From: Candidatus Binatia bacterium
Lineage (GTDB): Bacteria; Desulfobacterota; Binatia; HRBIN30
Direction of reading: 5' to 3'
Length of the DNA stretch: 64,000 bases
Assembly (NCBI GenBank): GCA_038245295.1
Contig: JBBRSP010000006.1
Span: 174,021 to 238,020 of the forward strand
Positions 57,186 to 64,000 of the stretch are shown piece by piece. Position 1 is the stretch's first letter, and each line of letters starts with the position of its first letter. The position numbers were made by a program, and so were the translations under genes. The notes beneath the pieces are model-generated. The model made no database searches and was not told the origin of the DNA. It saw only the letters and a program-made list of their open reading frames with translations.

Positions 57186-58436
57186 ATGCGCATGAACGTC
57201 CGCCCCATCCCAACCGTGTCGGAACGCATCAATCAGATTCGCGAGCTCACCGCGAAGATCATCAATCACGAGATTCTGCCGCACGAGAAAGCGCTCTGGG
57301 TCGGGCGCCGCGGTGGTGCTGCCAACGAGACGGCGGTGAAGCAGGCTCACGAATTGCGCGAGGGGGTAAGGCAGAAGGTGAAGCAGGCGGGGCTGTGGGC
57401 GCCGCACCTGCCGCGCGAGTATGGCGGCGCCGGGCTGAACTTCCTTGAACATGCGTACATGAACGAGGTGCTCGCCTATGCCATGGGCGCCGCCGCGCTG
57501 TTCGGCGTTGTGGCGCCGAACTCGGGCAACCAATCCATCCTGGTGAAGTACGGCACCGAGGAGCAGAAGAAGAAGTGGCTCATCCCGATGATCGAGAACG
57601 GCATGGAGTCGGGTTTCTCGATGACCGAGCCGGATAGCCCCGGATCCGATCCGCGCGCCATCCGCACGACGGCGACGCGTGACGGCGACGACTGGGTGAT
57701 CAATGGCCACAAGTGGTTCACCTCCAACGGCAAACGCGCCGCCTTCTTCATCGTCATGTGCCGCACCGAAGATCCCAACGGCCCGGCCGATCGCAACGGC
57801 AAGATGACGCAGATCATCGTGCCTTCCGACACACCCGGCGTGCGCATCGCGCGCGGCATCCCGGTGTGGGGCCGCGATAGCGACCACTGCGAGATCTACT
57901 ACGACGACGTCCGGGTGCCCGTCAGCAATGCCCTCGGACGCACCGGCTCCGGCCATCAGGCGGCCCAAGACCGCCTCGGCGCCGGCCGCGTCTACCACTG
58001 CATGAACTCGATCGGCCAGATGTGGCGCGCCTTCGATCTGATGGTCGAACGCTCCATGATGCGCGAAGTGCACGGCGGCAAACTCGAGACCAAACAGTTC
58101 ATCCAGGGCTTCATCGCCGAGTCGTACATCGACTTGCAGGCGGCGCGCCTCATGACTCTCCACTGCGCCGAGAAGATGGAAAGCGGCGGCGACCCGCGCA
58201 CCGATATCTCGGCCATCAAGATCTTCGTGCCGGCGGCCTATCACCGCGTCGTCGACCGGGCGATCCAGGTGTGGGGCGGCGCCGGTGTCTCCGGCGACCT
58301 GCCGCTCGCCGAGATGTACCAGGGGGCGCGCACGCTGCGTATCGCCGATGGTCCGGACGAAGTGCACAAGATCCTCATCGCCAAGAATGTGCTCAAGGCG
58401 TATCGCGATGGCGACGGGTGGGATTTCGGGAACTGA
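57186..58436 (+). CDS. Acyl-CoA dehydrogenase family protein
   Basis: FSMTEPDSPGSDPRAIRTTATRDGDDWVINGHKWFTSNG and a C-terminal ACAD pattern. AAGGAG RBS 8 nt upstream. Confidence 0.8.
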   Translation: MRMNVRPIPTVSERINQIRELTAKIINHEILPHEKALWVGRRGGAANETAVKQAHELREGVRQKVKQAGLWAPHLPREYGGAGLNFLEHAYMNEVLAYAMGAAALFGVVAPNSGNQSILVKYGTEEQKKKWLIPMIENGMESGFSMTEPDSPGSDPRAIRTTATRDGDDWVINGHKWFTSNGKRAAFFIVMCRTEDPNGPADRNGKMTQIIVPSDTPGVRIARGIPVWGRDSDHCEIYYDDVRVPVSNALGRTGSGHQAAQDRLGAGRVYHCMNSIGQMWRAFDLMVERSMMREVHGGKLETKQFIQGFIAESYIDLQAARLMTLHCAEKMESGGDPRTDISAIKIFVPAAYHRVVDRAIQVWGGAGVSGDLPLAEMYQGARTLRIADGPDEVHKILIAKNVLKAYRDGDGWDFGN

Positions 58437-58564
58437 TCTCCGTTGGGGAAGCGACCGCAGGCTGAAGCCTGCGCCTACCACTCCGAGCGGTTTCCCCCCG
58501 CCGTTTGACAGGCGCGGCACCCCCGCCGTAGGAAAGGCGCACAAGGGGGACCGCGCATGGTCGT

Positions 58565-59935
58565 ATGGTTCAGGCCGGTTTTGCGCTCGTGAGATCACCG
58601 GAGACGCGGATCGCCATCGTTGGCGCCGGTGCTGCCGGTTTGTCGACTGCCTGGTTTCTCAAGCAGAGCGGCTTCGTACACGTCACCGTCTTCGAATCGG
58701 ATGATCGCATCGGCGGCAAGTGTAAGTCGCTGACCTACGACGGCCGCTCGTTCGACCTGGGCGCCAACTATATTACCTCCAGTTACGCTCAGGTGCGTGC
58801 GCTCGCCGCCAAGTTTGGCCTCACCATGTTCACCGAACACCCCGGCCACGCGCTCGATCCGCAGACCGGCAAGCTGAGTTCGTTGCTCACCGCCACGACA
58901 CAGGGGCACAGCATCTTCGCCGTCGGCTGGGCTGCCCTGCGTTATCTCTTCCACCGCTGGCGACTGCGTAATCTGCTGGCGCCCAACGCGCCCGGCTTTC
59001 TGGCGGCCAGCAGCCGCGACGACCTGTGCGGCCCACTCAGCGACTGGCTCGAGAAGCGCCACCTCGAATGTCTCGAACCGATGTTCAACGTGCCGATCAC
59101 GCTGATGGGCTACTCCAAGCTGCGCGTCATCCCGGCCGCCTACGCGTTGACCTACATGAACCCGCGCACCTTCCTCGATCTCATGTTGTTTGCGCTCAAT
59201 CCGCCCGGACGCGCCTGGCCGAAGCGCTTCACACTCGGCTACGAGCGCCTGTGGGAACGTGTCGCCGCCGAAATTGCCGTGCTGCGCGGCGCCCAGATCA
59301 CTCGCATCCAGCGCGGCGATCGCATCGCCATCGACTTCGAGCTCGAAGCAACACAACTCACCGGTAGCACCGTCGACCGCCACCACGACGACTTCGACGT
59401 GCTCATCCTCGCCTGCCCGCTCGAACCGTCCGTCGTCGGCCCATTCCTCGACCTGAGCGCGGCAGAGCTGGCGCTGTTCCAACAGATCGAGCTCGATCCG
59501 TTTGTCGTCACCACCTACCCGACGTCTTGCAAGACGCCGGTGCACGCCGTCTCGTTCTTGTTCCCGCGGCCTGACATCGGTCATCCTTACGTCGTGACGC
59601 AGCAGTTTGCCGACACACCACTGCTGTCGATCTACTCGCGCATCGATCGCAAAGGCACAGTGACGCGCGACGAAGTTCTCCAGAACAACCGCGAGCTACT
59701 GCGCACCATCGGCGCCAACGATCCCGACGTCGAGCTCTACACCTACGACGAGTTCCCCTACTTCCCGCACGTCACCAGCGACTCCATGCGCCAGGGCTTC
59801 TATCGCCAACTCGAAGGCTTGCAGGGGAAGCGCAGCACGTACTACGTCGGCGGTCTGCTCGCCTTCGAGCTGGTCGAGACGATCGCGGAATACTCGCGCC
59901 ATCTGGTGGCGACGCATTTCGGAGGCCCACAGTGA
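58565..59935 (+). CDS. FAD-dependent oxidoreductase (amine-oxidase/PPO-like)
   Basis: Dinucleotide-binding motif RIAIVGAGAAGLSTAWFLKQSGF.HVTVFESDDRIGGKC. Confidence 0.6.
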   Translation: MVQAGFALVRSPETRIAIVGAGAAGLSTAWFLKQSGFVHVTVFESDDRIGGKCKSLTYDGRSFDLGANYITSSYAQVRALAAKFGLTMFTEHPGHALDPQTGKLSSLLTATTQGHSIFAVGWAALRYLFHRWRLRNLLAPNAPGFLAASSRDDLCGPLSDWLEKRHLECLEPMFNVPITLMGYSKLRVIPAAYALTYMNPRTFLDLMLFALNPPGRAWPKRFTLGYERLWERVAAEIAVLRGAQITRIQRGDRIAIDFELEATQLTGSTVDRHHDDFDVLILACPLEPSVVGPFLDLSAAELALFQQIELDPFVVTTYPTSCKTPVHAVSFLFPRPDIGHPYVVTQQFADTPLLSIYSRIDRKGTVTRDEVLQNNRELLRTIGANDPDVELYTYDEFPYFPHVTSDSMRQGFYRQLEGLQGKRSTYYVGGLLAFELVETIAEYSRHLVATHFGGPQ

Positions 59936-61710
59936 GACCCCACCTCTGGTTCCGCCGCGGCAGCTACGGGCTCATCGCCCTGGCCGTCATCCATTTTCTC
60001 AGCAACCGTCACGGCCTGCCGATCTCCGTCGACGACCCGGCCGGCCGCGAGCTGTTGCGCCTGATGGCCGACTACAAGATCAACTTCTTCGGCATCGAAC
60101 GCAGCATCGACGCAACCATTGACGGCTTCATCCTGAGCTGGGGCTTCCTGCTGCTGTGTGTCGCCGCCATCAACCTGTCGATCGTCAATCGCGGCACAGC
60201 GGTCGAGCCACCCGCCTCTCTCAAACTGATCAACATCGTCACCTGGGGATTATGCGCCGTGGTCGCCGTGTTCTTGTGGAGTTGGCCGCAAGCACTGATC
60301 CTCGGCTGCATCACACTCGCCTTCGTCGTCTCGGCCTGGCCGCAGGTGTCGCCGAGCCACGCCGCGCCGCCAGCGACACCCCGCGCCGATCCGCGCATCG
60401 CCATCATCGGCGCCGGCGCCGCCGGCCTCAGCGCCGCCTGGGCTCTCAAGAAGAAGGGGTACTCGAACGTAACCGTCTTCGAAAAGGCCGATCGGGTTGG
60501 CGGCAAGTGCGTCACCTTTGAATACGAGGGACACGCCATCGACCTGGCGGCGCACGAAATGCTCGCCGGGTACACCGACGTGATGCGCATCGCCGACGAC
60601 GTCGGCGCGCCGACGCAGGGTTGGCAGGACGTGCTCGTCTACGATCGCGCTTCGCAACGCTTCCTCGACATCATGAGCGCCAGTACCACCGGCGGGTATT
60701 CGACCCTACAGGTCGCCGGTGCGTCGCTGCGGTACACGTGGATGTTGTTGACCCGCTACCGCAACTTCGCGCGGCCGGGCACCGGGCTTGCCGAGGCTCC
60801 CGACGAGTTGTTCCAGCCGGTCGGCTCGTGGCTGAACGCCATGCGCCTCGACGCGCTGCAGGTCATCGTCACCTTCGTCATGCAGGTGCAGGGCTATGGG
60901 CGCATGGACGAAGTACCGGCCGCCTACTTCGTCAAGTTTCAGGGACTACGGAACTGGGTATCGAACGTCCTGCACAACATCGGCATCATGCACGGCTGGC
61001 CGCGCGTGTTCTCGCGTGGCTTCCAGGATCTCTGGGATCGTGTCGCGGCCAACCTCGACATCCGTTTCAACAGCCAGATCGTTTCGATCGAACGCCAGCT
61101 GAAGCCGGGCGCCGCGGTGACTGGCGTCAACATCTCCCTGCTCGGTCAGGAGGCTGAGCAGTTCGATGCGCTCATCCTCGCCACACCGCTCGATCGACCA
61201 ACCCTGCAGGGCCTCGGCCTCGATCTTTCCGAACAGGAGAGCCGACTGTCAGCGCAGGTGCGCTACCACACGTTCGTCACGACGGCGTGTCGGGTTGAAG
61301 GACTGCCGGCCGGCGTCGTCGGGACGATTCCGCTGCCGGGCATGCTTGAATACACGGGCTACATCAAAGTGTATAAAGATTGTGACGTCGCCGTGTTCTT
61401 CTCCGTGGCGCCGACACCCACACCGGACCTCGACGACATTTACCGTCGCATCTGCGCAACCGTCGCGGCAATTCCGCCCGGCCAGGGCACACAGCCACGC
61501 GTCGTCGAGCGTGTGCGACAACAGGCGTGGCCGTATTTTCCGCATCCCGAGACCACCGCCATGGCCGCCGGCTACTTCGTCGAACTGCAAGCGCTACAGG
61601 GCGTGCGCCAGACATTTTACGCCGGCTCGCTGTTGGAGATGGAAACCGTCGGTAATACCGTCGCCAATGCGCTGTACCTGATCGAGCAGCAGTTCCCGCC
61701 ACGCCAGTGA
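59932..61710 (+). CDS. Membrane-anchored FAD-dependent oxidoreductase, paralog of the preceding gene
   Basis: N-terminal ~130-aa TM region, then RIAIIGAGAAGLSAAWALKKKGYSNVTVFEKADRVGGKC. 4-nt overlap with the upstream paralog. Confidence 0.55.
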   Translation: MRPHLWFRRGSYGLIALAVIHFLSNRHGLPISVDDPAGRELLRLMADYKINFFGIERSIDATIDGFILSWGFLLLCVAAINLSIVNRGTAVEPPASLKLINIVTWGLCAVVAVFLWSWPQALILGCITLAFVVSAWPQVSPSHAAPPATPRADPRIAIIGAGAAGLSAAWALKKKGYSNVTVFEKADRVGGKCVTFEYEGHAIDLAAHEMLAGYTDVMRIADDVGAPTQGWQDVLVYDRASQRFLDIMSASTTGGYSTLQVAGASLRYTWMLLTRYRNFARPGTGLAEAPDELFQPVGSWLNAMRLDALQVIVTFVMQVQGYGRMDEVPAAYFVKFQGLRNWVSNVLHNIGIMHGWPRVFSRGFQDLWDRVAANLDIRFNSQIVSIERQLKPGAAVTGVNISLLGQEAEQFDALILATPLDRPTLQGLGLDLSEQESRLSAQVRYHTFVTTACRVEGLPAGVVGTIPLPGMLEYTGYIKVYKDCDVAVFFSVAPTPTPDLDDIYRRICATVAAIPPGQGTQPRVVERVRQQAWPYFPHPETTAMAAGYFVELQALQGVRQTFYAGSLLEMETVGNTVANALYLIEQQFPPRQ

Positions 61711-64000
61711 TGTCGCGCCGCCTTGCCACCTTGATTCTTCTGATCACCGTTGCCGCGCCCGCCGCGGCGGCGACGGTAGTGCTCGGACCAACCGACAGCG
61801 AACGCAACATCGGTGCGCAGGTCGAGTTCTACCGCGACTCCTCGCAACACGAGACGATCGACACGGTCCAGTCCCTGCCCTTCCAGGGGCATGGCTCCCA
61901 GAACCTGAGCTTCGGCTTTACGAACGATGCCATCTGGGTGCGCTTCTCGGTGCGTGCCGACTACGACGCCGAGCGCGAATGGTTCCTGGAGATCGACCAC
62001 CCATTGCACGATCGCGTCGAGCTCTACTCGGCGACGCCTAGCGGTTGGCAACGCAAGCTCAGTGGCGACATGGTCGCCGAGGGCGACAAGCCCTTGAACA
62101 TGCGCAGCATCGTCTTCCCGCTGCCGCTGCAACCACAGCAGGGCGCGACGTATTACCTGCGCATCGTCAGCGGCAACAGCATCGTCGTGCCGGTCGTGCT
62201 CATCGAAAAGTCGCGCTATCTGAGTCGCTCGGCCAATATCGAGCTCGCCTTCGGGCTGTTCTACGGCAGCCTGCTCATCATGGTGCTGTTCAACCTGGCG
62301 CTGTACGTATCGCTGCGCGACAGCAGCTACCTGCTGTACTCGGCAGCCGTGTTGTCGACGACATTGTTCCAAGCGACGTTGTCGGGCCACGCCATGCATT
62401 ACTTGTGGCCGCACAACGCCGACCTCAGCAATCCCGTCTCGCTGTATGCGCTGATTGCCACCATCGCCATGGGGCTGTGGTTCTCGATGCGCTTTCTCGA
62501 CTCGCGGCTTCACTTGCCGTTCTGGCATTGGGCGATGGTTAGCCTGGCCGTGCTCTCACTGCTCTTGGCACCGCTTGATTGGATCAAAGGATACACCTCG
62601 GCGATCGGCGCCGGCGCGATGCTCTCGGTGGTAAGCGCCAGCGTCGGTCTCATCGCCGGCATCGCATCGATACGCACGGGTGTGCCGTCGGCGCGCCTGT
62701 ACGTTCTGGCGCGTTCCGGCTTTTGCATTGGCTCGGTGCTGACGGCTGGCCGCCAGCTTGGTGCGTTTCCCGACATGTTCCTCACCGAGCACGGGATGCG
62801 CATCGGCAGCCTGCTCGAAACCGTGCTGCTCGCCTTCGCCTTGAGCGACCGATACAACGCGCTACGCGCCGAGAAAGAGGCGGCGCAGAAGCAGGTCGCC
62901 GACGAACTGTTGCGTCTCGACAGCCTCAAAGACGAGATCCTCGCCAATACCTCGCACGAGCTGCGCACGCCGCTGCAGGGTATCATCGGCCTGTCGGAGT
63001 CGATGCTCGACGGAGCTGCCGGCGACATGAGTGCGGCGGCGCAGAACAATCTCTCGATGATGGTGGCGAGTGGCCAGCGCCTGGCGCGTCTGGTCGACGA
63101 CATCCTCGATTTCTCGCGGCTGAAGACCAAAGACCTGCATCTCGACCCGAAACCTGTCGACCTTCGCGTCGCGGTCGACGTCGTGGTGACCCTGATGCAG
63201 CCGCTGCTGCGCGATCGTCCGGTTCGCCTGATCAACGACCTGCCGCCGGGCCTGCCGGCCGTCCTCGCCGACGAGGCGCGCTTGCAGCAGATCCTCAACA
63301 ACCTGATCGGTAACGCCGTGAAGTTTACCGACGAAGGCGAGGTGCGTATCAGCGCCGGCCGTGAGAACGGCGACGTGCGCATCGACGTCACCGACACCGG
63401 CATCGGTATTCCGCCGGAGGCACAGGGGCGGATCTTCGAGGCGTTCGAGCAGGGCGAAGGCGACGCGGCGCGTCTGCGCGGCGGCACCGGCCTGGGCTTG
63501 TCGGTGACGCGCAGCCTCGTCGAGCTGCTCGGCGGGCGTATCTTCGTGAGGTCCGAGGTCGGTCGCGGTTCGACGTTCAGCTTCACCATGCCCACCTCCT
63601 CCGTCGCCGCCGAACAGGTAAAGACGACCGCGCTTCCAGCCACGGTCCGCAGTTTTGCATCGGGGACCGCACACGACACGGCCGAACCTGACGCGTCGTT
63701 GATCAGCCCCGATATAGACCGCCGCATCCGCATCCTCGTCGTCGATGACGAGCCGGTCAACCAGCAGGTGCTTTCGAATCACTTGAGCCTGGCGCGTTAC
63801 TCCGTGGTGCAGGCGATGAATGGCCATGAGGCGCTGCAGCTGATAGAGTCGGGAGCGCCCTTCGATCTCGTGTTGCTCGACGTCATGATGCCGCGCATGT
63901 CAGGCTACGAAGTGTGCGAGAAGATCCGGCGTACGCATCTCGCGACCGAGCTGCCGGTCATCATGGTGACCGCCAAGACGCGTGCCGATGACCTCGTCAC
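61710..64000 (+). CDS. Hybrid sensor histidine kinase (7TMR-DISM extracellular and 7TM domains, HisKA, HATPase_c, REC), 3' partial at the window end
   Basis: ATG at 61710 overlaps the upstream stop (TGATG). Signal peptide, 7TMR-DISM-like periplasmic domain, seven TM helices. H-box TSHELRTPLQG, N/G boxes GNAVKF/DTGIGI/GGTGLGL. Receiver VVDDEPVNQQV...LDVMMP. Confidence 0.75.
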   Translation, partial: MSRRLATLILLITVAAPAAAATVVLGPTDSERNIGAQVEFYRDSSQHETIDTVQSLPFQGHGSQNLSFGFTNDAIWVRFSVRADYDAEREWFLEIDHPLHDRVELYSATPSGWQRKLSGDMVAEGDKPLNMRSIVFPLPLQPQQGATYYLRIVSGNSIVVPVVLIEKSRYLSRSANIELAFGLFYGSLLIMVLFNLALYVSLRDSSYLLYSAAVLSTTLFQATLSGHAMHYLWPHNADLSNPVSLYALIATIAMGLWFSMRFLDSRLHLPFWHWAMVSLAVLSLLLAPLDWIKGYTSAIGAGAMLSVVSASVGLIAGIASIRTGVPSARLYVLARSGFCIGSVLTAGRQLGAFPDMFLTEHGMRIGSLLETVLLAFALSDRYNALRAEKEAAQKQVADELLRLDSLKDEILANTSHELRTPLQGIIGLSESMLDGAAGDMSAAAQNNLSMMVASGQRLARLVDDILDFSRLKTKDLHLDPKPVDLRVAVDVVVTLMQPLLRDRPVRLINDLPPGLPAVLADEARLQQILNNLIGNAVKFTDEGEVRISAGRENGDVRIDVTDTGIGIPPEAQGRIFEAFEQGEGDAARLRGGTGLGLSVTRSLVELLGGRIFVRSEVGRGSTFSFTMPTSSVAAEQVKTTALPATVRSFASGTAHDTAEPDASLISPDIDRRIRILVVDDEPVNQQVLSNHLSLARYSVVQAMNGHEALQLIESGAPFDLVLLDVMMPRMSGYEVCEKIRRTHLATELPVIMVTAKTRADDLV

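Noticed and set aside
62510-63827. Long minus-strand ORFs (62510-63760, 62862-63827, 61617-62528) overlapping the histidine-kinase region
   Set aside because: The plus strand encodes a coherent 7TMR-DISM/HisKA/HATPase/REC protein with canonical H, N and G boxes. The antisense ORFs are Arg/Ala-rich artefacts of high GC.

Overview
High-GC (~65%) bacterial accessory region. I found no rRNA, complete tRNA or CRISPR array. Gene content and motifs were read from the translations by eye, and no database search was run.

Segments, left to right:
- (1) 1-15.1 kb: the right-hand part of an integrative, plasmid-like element that ends in an excisionase/tyrosine-integrase pair (13.7-15.1 kb). It carries a TOPRIM/zf-CHC2 primase plus P-loop helicase-like replication module with phased GGTGAC iteron-like repeats, a DUF932-like gene and HTH regulators. 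It also carries a seven-gene, translationally coupled minus-strand operon (5392 down to 29). In that operon a ubiquitin-like conjugation set (ThiS/MoaD-like Ubl, E2/UBC-like, JAB/MPN-E1 fusion) is fused to DNA-transfer/replication genes (FtsK/HerA/TraD-like ATPase, two small membrane proteins, replication-relaxation protein).
- (2) 15.3-18.3 kb: a ~1000-aa PHP-domain/SMC-Rad50-like ABC ATPase fusion immediately outside the integrase junction.
- (3) 18.3-22.6 kb: a hypothetical gene and a large secreted PT-linker/dockerin protein.
- (4) 22.7-29.9 kb: an island with three XRE regulators and a PPTase. It also holds a coupled cassette: XRE HTH, ImmA/IrrE Zn-peptidase, papain-like C1 peptidase, thymidylate-synthase-fold protein, MazG-like NTP pyrophosphatase. 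A convergent low-GC 425-aa gene follows.
- (5) 29.9-52.0 kb: a block bounded by ~54-bp inverted repeats that coincide with serine-recombinase 5' ends. It contains a DUF559-SF2 helicase plus a 779-aa partner, a Cas4-like nuclease, a SWIM protein, a second TraD-like ATPase, a 1665-aa Kelch/dockerin/CHAP secreted protein and an IS3-family IS. It also contains a low-GC two-gene cassette whose second gene is a SIR2(SIR2_2)-TPR protein, and a large serine recombinase whose 3' end overlaps a tRNA/tmRNA 3'-end-like att fragment.
- (6) 52.1-55.6 kb: an IS21 remnant truncating a SAM/adenylate-cyclase/STAND gene.
- (7) 55.9-64 kb: core-like genes (STAS-like, DUF606 transporter, acyl-CoA dehydrogenase, two paralogous FAD oxidoreductases, partial 7TMR-DISM hybrid histidine kinase).

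The most novel candidates are the Ubl/E2/JAB-E1 machinery embedded in a conjugation operon, the ImmA-papain-TS-MazG cassette, the PHP-Rad50-like protein and the SIR2-TPR cassette.
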